In this document: piece by piece, positions 16,156-23,156 of the stretch
How positions within the stretch are numbered: position 1 is the first letter of the stretch
Layout: each line of letters starts with the position of its first letter
Source of the DNA: a virus
Direction: 5' to 3' (one strand)
IMG/VR virus record: IMGVR_UViG_3300010371_000014
Coordinates: 1-46,624 of that record
Length of the DNA: 46,624 nucleotides
The notes under the pieces: generated by a model
Told to the model about the DNA's origin: nothing
Databases searched by the model: none
The model's input: the letters and a program-made list of their open reading frames with translations, nothing else
Program-made: the position numbers and the translations under genes

Positions 16156-16581
16156 TCAGTGGTTCTCCCCTGACGGGTCGGCGAGGAGGGGAGCGGCACC
16201 CGCTGAGAGGTCAGGTGATTCAAACGATTCTTCGCGAGGGCCGACAGCGAGGAGGCCAAGGTTGTCCAGCGTGTTCCGCATTTCCTTCACCGCGAAGGCG
16301 AATCCTGCATCCCATGTTTTCCGCATCACATCCCGTTCCTGCGTGTCACGTTGCCCTGCCGCTCCGCTCTCCCGCTGATGGGCGGCGGATGAGTAATCCA
16401 GCTCGACTGCGCCCGCTTTCACGATGGGATTGAGCGCTGCTTCCACGGAGGCTGTGGCGAACTCGCGGGCAGCAACAGCCGATGAATCTGCGACCCCCAG
16501 CCGCGCGAGATTCCATTTTCGTTGGCATATCTGCTCATCGGTGGCGTCCGCTCGGAGCGGCTGGTCTGGACTCCATGTCAT
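16156..16581 (-). CDS. Hypothetical protein, 141 aa.
   Basis: I set the start at MTWSPDQ (ATG 16581). GAGGAA lies upstream and it makes an ATGA overlap with the lipoprotein stop. The longer 215-aa form is Arg/Gly-rich and overlaps the lipoprotein ORF. Confidence 0.5.
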   Translation of the reverse strand: MTWSPDQPLRADATDEQICQRKWNLARLGVADSSAVAAREFATASVEAALNPIVKAGAVELDYSSAAHQRESGAAGQRDTQERDVMRKTWDAGFAFAVKEMRNTLDNLGLLAVGPREESFESPDLSAGAAPLLADPSGENH

Positions 16582-16808
16582 GGCTTCCTCGGGGGTAGCG
16601 AGTCGAATAGGTGGGTGCATCGGGTTTCCCCGTCCGCCAGCGAGGTGTACGCCACCCGTTGCAGGACGGCGATGGAGTCCGCGTGCGTGGCGGCCATCTG
16701 CATATCGTTCCAGCATCCCTTCCGTGCGTGCCGCACGACCACGGACTCCCCGCACCCGCTCACCAGCACCGCGAGCAGCACGCCCGCGATTCGTGGAGTC
16801 CATGTCAT
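16578..16808 (-). CDS. Small lipoprotein, 76 aa; candidate superinfection-exclusion or envelope-acting early protein.
   Basis: MTWTPRIAGVLLAVLVSGCGE has a basic n-region, a hydrophobic core and the lipobox VSG|C. GAGG lies about 9 nt upstream of the ATG. It is translationally coupled to the downstream gene. Confidence 0.65.
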   Translation of the reverse strand: MTWTPRIAGVLLAVLVSGCGESVVVRHARKGCWNDMQMAATHADSIAVLQRVAYTSLADGETRCTHLFDSLPPRKP

Positions 16809-16818
16809 GAGGGAACCT

Positions 16819-17064
16819 CTAGTTCAGTGATCGTTTGCTCACCGGAATGCCCAGTGGCACTGCATCGCGTGTGGTCGCTTCCAGCTTGTCGAGAACCGCA
16901 TGAATCTCGGCGCAGGTGTGTTCGCGCATTTTCCACCGTGCCGCGAGTGCGACCATCGGTGCAAAGGTATCGGGATCCGCCAGCTCCACATGGTCAGCGG
17001 CATGCGTTTGTGCCAGCGCCAGCGCAATCATCCCCGCTTCGCGTGGTGTGAGGTCGAGGATCAC
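16819..17064 (-). CDS. Hypothetical protein, 81 aa.
   Basis: An ORF in the operon chain with a 4-nt overlap with the upstream gene. Confidence 0.5.
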   Translation of the reverse strand: MILDLTPREAGMIALALAQTHAADHVELADPDTFAPMVALAARWKMREHTCAEIHAVLDKLEATTRDAVPLGIPVSKRSLN

Positions 17065-17279
17065 GGCTTCGCCCCTTCGCCGACACGCCGTGCACCCTTG
17101 CTCATTTCGAAGACTTCGAACTGATCTTCATAGATGAAGAGCTTTCCACGCTCATCAAAATCTGTTGGGCCGAGTTTCCCCGTCAGCATCTTGTCCCGCG
17201 CCTGGATATAGCGGCACTTCAAGCGCTGTGCCACCTGCGTCGGGTAGAGCTTCTTCCGCTTCTCAGGACCTTTTGGCAT
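17061..17279 (-). CDS. Hypothetical protein, 72 aa, possibly HTH DNA-binding.
   Basis: KLYPTQVAQRLKCRYIQARDKMLTGKLG looks like a short helix-turn-helix. The TAATG junction with the upstream gene supports coding. Confidence 0.45.
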   Translation of the reverse strand: MPKGPEKRKKLYPTQVAQRLKCRYIQARDKMLTGKLGPTDFDERGKLFIYEDQFEVFEMSKGARRVGEGAKP

Positions 17280-17710
17280 TAGCTGGGCTCCTTGGCGTCA
17301 CGCTTGCGATGCTCTTGTATCCGACGAAGCTGGTCGAGATGGATCAGCCGCAGATCGCCGACGATGACTTGGTTCTTGTTGAACTCGGGAATGAGCTCGC
17401 CGAGCTTGCCGGCCGTGGCATCGAGATCCTTCCGCAGTCCATTGACGAGCCGCCGTTCAGCGGCAACGGCGTCGAGCACGCCGAGCCAACGACAGATCGC
17501 GAGCTTGACCGTGTTATCCTGGCGCTGACTCCACGCCCGAAAGACGCGGTGACCACGCAGCAGCGGCCACAGCAGATGCAGCACCCACCACGGTGGCGTG
17601 GGCTCCTCAGCTTTCGGGATTTGCTGCATCTCCTCGAGTGTCGACACGGGATCGATCGGCGTCGGCGCTGGCGTGATCACGCCTGCAATCTTGGATTCGT
17701 CTGTCGCCAT
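17279..17710 (-). CDS. Hypothetical protein, 143 aa.
   Basis: An ORF in the operon chain. A Trp-rich hydrophobic segment (PPWWVLHLLWPLL) suggests membrane association. Confidence 0.5.
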   Translation of the reverse strand: MATDESKIAGVITPAPTPIDPVSTLEEMQQIPKAEEPTPPWWVLHLLWPLLRGHRVFRAWSQRQDNTVKLAICRWLGVLDAVAAERRLVNGLRKDLDATAGKLGELIPEFNKNQVIVGDLRLIHLDQLRRIQEHRKRDAKEPS

Positions 17711-17713
17711 GAT

Positions 17714-17938
17714 TTAGTACCGTCCTGGCAGTTTGGTGATGATCTTCCCACCTTCCTTCGCTTCGCGTCCCAACTTCATGATCGCTGTGACCGCGCGCGT
17801 GGCATAGAGCTTGGCCGGACTGACGCCCTTGCCGTCCTTCGCTGCGATTTCCTTCAAAATCGTGTCCATGTCCGGCGTGACGATGGTTTCGACATGTCCA
17901 TCGACCGTGTCACGGATGATGATGCGCACTTCAGCCAT
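17714..17938 (-). CDS. Hypothetical protein, 74 aa.
   Basis: A compact ORF with balanced composition (MAEVRIIIRDTVDGHVETIVTPDMDTILKEI...). Confidence 0.5.
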   Translation of the reverse strand: MAEVRIIIRDTVDGHVETIVTPDMDTILKEIAAKDGKGVSPAKLYATRAVTAIMKLGREAKEGGKIITKLPGRY

Positions 17939-17941
17939 ACG

Positions 17942-18154
17942 CTATCCAGGATAGAGGATGTGGCATCGCGCCACGATATCAGCTTCGATCGCCCGAAGCT
18001 GTGCTTTCAGTCGTTTCCGCTTGACGCTCCGCTGGTGATTGACCCGACTGCGATCGGGGTGGAGCGGCCCGACCTTGCGCAGCACCAGCCCCAACGCCGA
18101 CAGTGTCACGCGATGATGGGCGAGGAGACCGAGCAGCTCAGGATCAGGAGTCAT
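17942..18154 (-). CDS. Hypothetical protein, about 70 aa; start uncertain (ATG 18154 or GTG 18208).
   Basis: The ORF follows a 117-170 bp gap. Neither candidate start has a clear Shine-Dalgarno sequence. Confidence 0.35.
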   Translation of the reverse strand: MTPDPELLGLLAHHRVTLSALGLVLRKVGPLHPDRSRVNHQRSVKRKRLKAQLRAIEADIVARCHILYPG

Positions 18155-18209
18155 AGATTGCGACGGGTGCGAAGTGAAGCGGTACTTGATGACATAAATA
18201 TACAGCACT

Positions 18210-18238
18210 CAGCCCCGCGCTGGAATGGCACGGGGCTG
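18210..18238 (-). promoter_or_regulatory. Hairpin in the largest internal gap of the leftward arm, next to an AT-rich patch. Possible intra-operon terminator/attenuator plus internal promoter.
   Basis: cagccccg (18210-18217) pairs with cggggctg (18231-18238), giving an 8-bp stem and a 13-nt loop. Downstream on the minus strand lies ctgtatatttatgtcat, which is -10-like. There is no convincing -35 or U-tract. Confidence 0.2.
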
Positions 18239-18325
18239 ATGGAGCAGGGCACTTACCGTCGGATCCGATGCTTATGCCCGCGATGCGTCCTGAGCACCTC
18301 GAGACGGAGGGGACGCTGATTGGTG

Positions 18326-19126
18326 CTACGCCGCGAGCTTGCGCTGGAGCTTGCGGACCGAGCGGTTGACGGCCGAGAGCTTGGATGCGCGTCCCGGCTT
18401 GTTCGCCTCGCGCGCGGCGAGGGCGAGCTCGTTGATGTGATCGCGGAGTTCCGCGAGCGCGCTGGACGAGCACTTCTCGGCTTCGAGCTTCGCGATCGTC
18501 GGGTGCTTGACGTTCAGTTCACGGAGCGCCTGCGCCGTGCTGCCCATCGCGCTGTTGGAGCGGGACTCGCTTGCTTCACCCTTCACGGTCGGTGCCTCGG
18601 CCTTCGCGGACGCTGCGGCCTTGGTCTTGGTCTTCGCCATACGGTCCTCCTTGGTGTGAGCCTGCGTGAGTCGGAGCAGTACCTCTTTGAAGTCGGCATT
18701 CTGCTTCGACTTGGGAACGGAACCACCGAACTCCCGAATGATCTGTCGGGCCAGATTGCGATCGGCTGCCTTCATACTAGTGATCCACTGCGGCATTGTC
18801 CAGCCCTGTGATGCCAGCACCTCGCGGAGCCGATCCCAGCCAGTGAGCGGCTCGGTGCGGTCGTAGGGCAGATAGGTCACCACTGCGCCCTTTGCGGGCG
18901 TCCAGACCGTGTTGCGGGCCAGCCAGCCACGGTGCAGGCGTCCGACCACATCGGCGTATTCGACGTAGGGTTCGTTCTTGCACGCTGTCGTGGAGCTGAC
19001 ATTCGACGTTTCCCACTCATCCGGTGGGAGGAGCCGGACGACCGCGCCTGCGCCGAGCGCGAGGGGATGATAGGCGCGATCCTGCGGCACGATGAGCGCA
19101 CTGCGGAGCAACATGTAGTATTTCAT
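18326..19126 (-). CDS. Hypothetical protein, 266 aa, with a Lys/Ala-rich central linker.
   Basis: I set the start at MKYYML (ATG 19126) because it forms an ATGA overlap with the 54-aa upstream ORF. It contains VVTYLPYDRTEPLTGW, a motif shared with that upstream ORF. Confidence 0.5.
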   Translation of the reverse strand: MKYYMLLRSALIVPQDRAYHPLALGAGAVVRLLPPDEWETSNVSSTTACKNEPYVEYADVVGRLHRGWLARNTVWTPAKGAVVTYLPYDRTEPLTGWDRLREVLASQGWTMPQWITSMKAADRNLARQIIREFGGSVPKSKQNADFKEVLLRLTQAHTKEDRMAKTKTKAAASAKAEAPTVKGEASESRSNSAMGSTAQALRELNVKHPTIAKLEAEKCSSSALAELRDHINELALAAREANKPGRASKLSAVNRSVRKLQRKLAA

Positions 19127-19287
19127 TCGACAGGTTCCCAGTAGTAAACGTGCGGTGGCAGGTTGTGGTCGATGATGAAGCACGCGGCCTGTTGTTGATC
19201 TGGGAACGTGAGTGGTTCGTCGCGGTCGTAGGGCAGATAACTCCAGGTCACGACCCACCCGTTGCGATGACGAATGCGATAGCGCAT
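19123..19287 (-). CDS. Hypothetical protein, 54 aa (below the ORF-track cut-off).
   Basis: My manual translation is MRYRIRHRNGWVVTWSYLPYDRDEPLTFPDQQQAACFIIDHNLPPHVYYWEPVE. It has a TAATG junction upstream and an ATGA junction downstream, and it shares a motif and an 18-nt identity with the next gene. Confidence 0.5.
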   Translation of the reverse strand: MRYRIRHRNGWVVTWSYLPYDRDEPLTFPDQQQAACFIIDHNLPPHVYYWEPVE

Positions 19288-19562
19288 TAGCTCACCATGC
19301 CTGCGGCAAGGAAGAGGTGGACGAAGCGGAGTACCGTATCCGGATGGACCTTGGCCCGCTTGCGGAAGCGGTTCATCCGTCGGACGCTGAGATGCCCGCG
19401 GATGAAGCCGACGAGGTTGTGCTGATCATCGTAGACGGCGTAGCAATAGGCCGTGTGGACGTTCCAATGCTCACCGCGTTGCTGCCGCAGCCGCTGTGCG
19501 CGCATGTGCCGACGAGCATCGTCGCGCGCCGCGAGGACAATGTGTGCTTCAGGCATGGTCAC
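19287..19562 (-). CDS. Hypothetical protein, 91 aa.
   Basis: An ORF in the operon chain, coupled on both sides. Confidence 0.45.
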   Translation of the reverse strand: MTMPEAHIVLAARDDARRHMRAQRLRQQRGEHWNVHTAYCYAVYDDQHNLVGFIRGHLSVRRMNRFRKRAKVHPDTVLRFVHLFLAAGMVS

Positions 19563-19783
19563 TTTCCTCCTGGCGTGCTGTACGGTGGGAAGGGGTACTC
19601 ACGTGTGCTGAGCTTGTCCTCGAGCATGCGATAGCGGACGTTCGGCGGTGCGCGGTGCTTCAAGCGCCGCAGCTCAGCGTAGGCGCGTGCCTTGCGGCTA
19701 GAGCTGGGGATGGTGCGCGTGGTGACGCTGCGCCCATCTGCGCCCGTCGTCATCTCGAGAATCCCGTGGCGACGGTTACGCAT
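19559..19783 (-). CDS. Hypothetical protein, 74 aa.
   Basis: An ORF in the operon chain with a 4-nt overlap downstream. Confidence 0.4.
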   Translation of the reverse strand: MRNRRHGILEMTTGADGRSVTTRTIPSSSRKARAYAELRRLKHRAPPNVRYRMLEDKLSTREYPFPPYSTPGGK

Positions 19784-19964
19784 GGATCACCTCGAAGGTG
19801 CAAACTTCCCCTGATCCGTCGACGAGCCCGTTGCTGGGGTCAGCAACAAACTCCGCGGCGTCGGTCAACCCGTCGACGGTCATGATGAAGGTCTCTTCGT
19901 ACGTCCGCGTGATGCGGATGCGCAACATGGACTGCTGCTTGCTCGGACGCTTTTTCGACTTCAT
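19776..19964 (-). CDS. Hypothetical protein, 62 aa.
   Basis: I set the start at MKSKKRPSK (ATG 19964), which is preceded by GGAGGA (plus-strand cctcc at 19971-19975). The longer 127-aa form lacks coding character. Confidence 0.5.
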   Translation of the reverse strand: MKSKKRPSKQQSMLRIRITRTYEETFIMTVDGLTDAAEFVADPSNGLVDGSGEVCTFEVIHA

Positions 19965-20026
19965 GGTGTTCCTCCAGGTGTGTGGTCGGATACCTGCGTG
20001 CAACGGACGGAACGCGGAACGCATCG

Positions 20027-20173
20027 TTACTGCTTCCTCCAGAGCGTGGACGGAATGAACAACGGGAAGACTACGGGTGGTGCAGTGACGGGCAGCGGTC
20101 CAGCGGTCCAGCACAGCGCCAAGAGCTGGAGGACGTGCTCGTACGCGGGGCGGGTGCAAGTGACGGTGATCAT
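20027..20173 (-). CDS. Hypothetical small hydrophobic protein, 48 aa (below the ORF-track cut-off).
   Basis: My manual translation is MITVTCTRPAYEHVLQLLALCWTAGPLPVTAPPVVFPLFIPSTLWRKQ. It has an ATGA overlap with the upstream stop at 20170-20173. Confidence 0.3.
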   Translation of the reverse strand: MITVTCTRPAYEHVLQLLALCWTAGPLPVTAPPVVFPLFIPSTLWRKQ

Positions 20174-20547
20174 GAGTGCCTCGCCGACGGTCCAGTCTTC
20201 ATCATCCGATCCAGCGCGCGTGAGTGCTGTGCACCCGCAGGATTGAAGATGGAGAGCGGGTCATCGCTATCATCGTCCTCCCCGCCGACGAGCGGATCAA
20301 GGAAGTTGCCGATGCGCGGGTCCTCGACGACACCGTCGGTGTACTCGGGATCCACGGCGACGGACTGCCACCGTGCGTGCATCTCCACTGCGGTCAGGCT
20401 GTGCGCCAGCCACGCGCTCCATGCCGCGTAGCGGCCAAAGAGGCTGGGGTAGCGCAGCTTCGGCTCGGCCGCAGCGAGGGTAAGCATCGCCTGACTGTGC
20501 TCGGTGAACGCGGCCTGCGCCTGCCGGAACTTGGGGGAATGTTTCAC
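20170..20547 (-). CDS. Hypothetical protein, 125 aa.
   Basis: An ORF in the operon chain with an acidic patch, GGEDDDSDDP. Confidence 0.5.
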   Translation of the reverse strand: MKHSPKFRQAQAAFTEHSQAMLTLAAAEPKLRYPSLFGRYAAWSAWLAHSLTAVEMHARWQSVAVDPEYTDGVVEDPRIGNFLDPLVGGEDDDSDDPLSIFNPAGAQHSRALDRMMKTGPSARHS

Positions 20548-21332
20548 TTGTGCCTCCTGGCGGCGCGTGCCGCCCGTGTGCGTGTCCGGACGATGGCGTG
20601 CTTGGCGTTGCCGCGGGCGATGAGCGCGGCCTCGCGCTTCGCCTGCTTCGTGCTGACGGCGTCAGCATCCCGCTTGTAGCGCTGCTGCGTGTGGAGCGCG
20701 GCGAGCGTGACGATGACGTCCGCCCGTTCGTTCTCCCGTGCGCGGACGTAGGCGGTGCCGTCCGTATCGGTGAGGCGCAGCGCCGTGCCGAGCGCGGTCG
20801 GGTAGTAGGCCGACGTCCAGCCCGCGCGCTGCGGGGTGTCCGCCGTCTTCACCAGCGCCCGTGCGGTCGTGAGTTCGGTGGTGAGCTTGGCGCGCCCGAC
20901 GGCGTCGTCGGTTTCTCGGAGCCGCGCTTGCAGCTTCGGGATGCTGCGACGACTGTACGCAATGACGTCCGCGCTGACGGTGTGGCGAATGGCATCCGAA
21001 CTGATGCGCGGGACGAGCGCATCGTCCTGCGCCCGTGTGTCCCGTGTCCGAGGTGTGGCGCGTTTGCCGCCGAAGGGGACCGTTTTCCCGCCAGCGCCTT
21101 GCGCACGGAGGGTGCGGAAGTTGTCCTTACCGCCCGCCGCCGTGGTGAGCCGCTTCCGCATGGCCGAGCGGCTGCCGCCGTACTGCTGTACGAGGGCTTT
21201 CAGACTGGTACCCTGACTCCACGCCGCGTAGGCAGGGTCTTCGGCCGCCGCAGGCCGTTTGCGCTCCACGGCGGGGCGCTGCTGCGCCCGCGCCGCGAAG
21301 TCGCGTTTGGTGTAGGTGAGTTTCCCTTTCAC
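20544..21332 (-). CDS. Hypothetical basic protein, 262 aa, possibly an HTH DNA binder.
   Basis: SLKALVQQYGGSRSAMRKRL is HTH-like and the composition is very Arg/Ala-rich. It is coupled on both sides. Confidence 0.45.
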   Translation of the reverse strand: MKGKLTYTKRDFAARAQQRPAVERKRPAAAEDPAYAAWSQGTSLKALVQQYGGSRSAMRKRLTTAAGGKDNFRTLRAQGAGGKTVPFGGKRATPRTRDTRAQDDALVPRISSDAIRHTVSADVIAYSRRSIPKLQARLRETDDAVGRAKLTTELTTARALVKTADTPQRAGWTSAYYPTALGTALRLTDTDGTAYVRARENERADVIVTLAALHTQQRYKRDADAVSTKQAKREAALIARGNAKHAIVRTRTRAARAARRHK

Positions 21333-21565
21333 AATGCCACCGTCATGGTGCTGATGCTGACCGCGTAGATATCCTCGTAGTCCTCGGGGAATGGTTCAGC
21401 ATCCGCGGGGTCTTGCTCGGCGAGCCATTCAGCACGGAGCGCAGTAAGCGCCTCGGCATTGGAGAGGTGCCCTGGGAAGATGTAGGGCTGCGGGCAATCC
21501 ACGCCGTCATCGTAAAGCGTGACGATGACGACCGTCAGCTTCCGCTTGTTGAGTTTCCGTGGCAT
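21329..21565 (-). CDS. Hypothetical acidic protein, 78 aa.
   Basis: An ORF in the operon chain. The sequence is MPRKLNKRKLTVVIVTLYDDGVD...DPADAEPFPEDYEDIY. Confidence 0.5.
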   Translation of the reverse strand: MPRKLNKRKLTVVIVTLYDDGVDCPQPYIFPGHLSNAEALTALRAEWLAEQDPADAEPFPEDYEDIYAVSISTMTVAL

Positions 21566-21567
21566 GT

Positions 21568-21894
21568 TTAGCGCGCCCCCGCCGTCGCCATCGTGACGGG
21601 GATGTCCGCGTGCGCCCTGCGCGCCTTTTTCCCCTGCGTGAGCTTCTTCGCCTGCTTCGCCTTTTTCGGCTTCGGCGCTTCCTCCTCGCCGTCCGCTTCG
21701 TCTTCCTCATCTGCGCCCGTGAAGCCCTCGGCGCGCGTTTCCCAGCCGATGAGGTCCAGGGCTTCGACGTTCGCCTGCGCTTTCGCGAGCTGGGCGTCGG
21801 TCGCTTCCCCTGCGGCGTGAGCGAGGGCGATGAGCAAATACGTGCGGCGGACGCGGCGGGCTTTACGGGACTGCTTGGTACGTGACGGGGTCAT
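21568..21894 (-). CDS. First gene of the leftward arm; hypothetical, 108 aa, with an acidic block followed by a Lys-rich block.
   Basis: I set the start at MTPSRTK (ATG 21894), which is preceded by AGGAGGA (plus-strand tcctcct at 21892-21899 region). The C-terminal half reads ADEEDEADGEEEAPKPKKAKQAKKLTQGKKARR. Confidence 0.55.
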   Translation of the reverse strand: MTPSRTKQSRKARRVRRTYLLIALAHAAGEATDAQLAKAQANVEALDLIGWETRAEGFTGADEEDEADGEEEAPKPKKAKQAKKLTQGKKARRAHADIPVTMATAGAR

Positions 21895-22474
21895 CGGTGT
21901 ATCCTCCTGCTGTAGGTCGGAGCCCGTTGCCGACGGGCGGCGGTGTTGCGGTGATGGACGTAATCTACTATGTGTGTGTTGTACGCGCCATGGGGTATTT
22001 TTCGGGTGCAGCACACCGAGTTACGCGACCGACATCACAAATGTGCTTTTCGGGGAACGGGCGGTCTGTGGCTGGAAACGCAGGTGACGGGAACGTGTGC
22101 TTTTTGACTGGAAACCTGCGCGGTGATTCGCGCGCGTCTATACGAGCGAAACTGGATGCTGTCCACGCCGTAGGAGTAGGGCGCGTTTTTGGCTGGACGG
22201 CATTTCGCGTTTTTCAACACTTTTGCCTATTATACGGACCTTCCGCAGTACAGCTATACCCTGTTGTAGTCGCGGGACTGAGTAAAAACAGTATATAGGG
22301 GAAAGTGTTGTAAAAGCCCGAAATGCCGTCCATGCCGACCACTGAGCAAACTCAGTCCACCGGCCATTTTTCACAACACATGCTGTCCACGGCCGACAAA
22401 CGTGCGTTCATGGCGTGCGTATATGTGTGGCATTGGGCAGCTGTGGGAAGGGCAGGCCTGCTATCTTCCCCGAC
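21895..22474. promoter_or_regulatory. Divergent non-coding control region. Candidate site of early and late promoters, the origin and/or the packaging site.
   Basis: This is the only long gene-free stretch and it lies between the two oppositely oriented arms. Patches are locally AT-richer. Short motifs are duplicated: TGTGCTTTT (22042, 22096), GGGAACG (22053, 22089), CTGGAAAC (22072, 22108), TGCTGTCCACG (22158, 22381) and CGCGTTTTT (22182, 22206). ACTGAGcaaaCTCAGT at 22341-22356 is palindromic. I could not place a convincing sigma70 -35/-10 pair. Confidence 0.4.
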
Positions 22475-22828
22475 ATGCACAAGAAATCCGCGGGAGTCCC
22501 GACTCCCAAAATCAGCAGAACGTCAGACGGCAGACCCGCCTTGAAAAAGCAGAAACATGGCGGGGCGCTGCTGACTGGCGGGCAAACCAAGGCGCAGGGC
22601 GGAAAGGCAGGCAGCGGCCGACTGGCGAACGATGAACTGGCGTGGCTGCGGAAGATTGTGACGGGCCCACGGGCGCGTCGGTCATTGCGCAAGATTATGC
22701 GCGCAGGACGCGATGGCGATAAACTCGCGTTGATCAAGCTGGGGATGGACCGTGTCTTCGGCGCTCCGAATCAGAAAATCGCGAGTACGATTACGCTCGC
22801 GGACTTGCTTGAGGAGGAAGAAACGTGA
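22475..22828 (+). CDS. Putative terminase small subunit, about 117 aa; start uncertain.
   Basis: It is the first plus-strand gene and lies two small ORFs upstream of terL. The N-terminus is basic and Gly/Lys-rich, and KLALIKLGMDRVFGAPNQ resembles a recurrent TerS C-terminal block. The GTG at 22415 is an alternative start. Confidence 0.35.
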   Translation: MHKKSAGVPTPKISRTSDGRPALKKQKHGGALLTGGQTKAQGGKAGSGRLANDELAWLRKIVTGPRARRSLRKIMRAGRDGDKLALIKLGMDRVFGAPNQKIASTITLADLLEEEET

Positions 22829-23040
22829 GGAAGTCCCCTTCCCACACTGCGTCACACGGCGGTAACCACCCTTCCAGCGGAGGGTCACAGGGGGCGGGGG
22901 GAGGGGCGGTGGGGCATGGCGCTCGGCTAGAGACCGACATCCGCCACGCACGACTTGCAGCAGACGTCCTCTGGTTGATGCGTCGAGACCCCCGCCTGCT
23001 CCAGACGGCGGTACCACCCTTTCCCGCAAGCAACCGATGA
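22825..23040 (+). CDS. Hypothetical Gly/His-rich protein, 71 aa.
   Basis: The GTG start overlaps the upstream TGA (GTGA) and the stop overlaps the next ATG (ATGA). Its low-complexity composition lowers confidence. Confidence 0.3.
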   Translation: MRKSPSHTASHGGNHPSSGGSQGAGGGAVGHGARLETDIRHARLAADVLWLMRRDPRLLQTAVPPFPASNR

Positions 23041-23156
23041 AAATGCTGCTGCTCGCTTTCAGCCTCGGGATCGTGATCGCATGCCTCACGCTCGCCATCA
23101 TCGCCCACGGCCTCGTCTGGGCGCTGACCGTTGATGACCCTGAGGATGCCGAGTGA
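23037..23156 (+). CDS. Small single-pass membrane protein, 39 aa (below the ORF-track cut-off).
   Basis: My manual translation is MKMLLLAFSLGIVIACLTLAIIAHGLVWALTVDDPEDAE. It has an ATGA junction upstream and a GTGA junction with the terL start. Confidence 0.4.
   Translation: MKMLLLAFSLGIVIACLTLAIIAHGLVWALTVDDPEDAE

Noticed and set aside
17165-18319. A 384-aa plus-strand ORF across the early region.
   Set aside because: It runs antisense through five translationally coupled minus-strand genes, is Arg/Asp/Leu-rich and has no recognisable domain. No plus-strand transcription unit exists in this arm.
22415-22474. The upstream GTG start of the TerS-like ORF gives MRICVALGSCGKG, which looks like a lipobox (LGSC).
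   Set aside because: The leader would be only 9 residues before the Cys, too short for a lipoprotein signal peptide, and a packaging protein is cytoplasmic. I treat it as non-coding leader or start-site ambiguity.
22323-22544. A 73-aa plus-strand ORF in the control region (MPSMPTTEQTQSTGHF...).
   Set aside because: It overlaps the TerS-like gene out of frame, lacks a Shine-Dalgarno sequence and has no family resemblance. It cannot be excluded as a small leader gene, but it is not supported.
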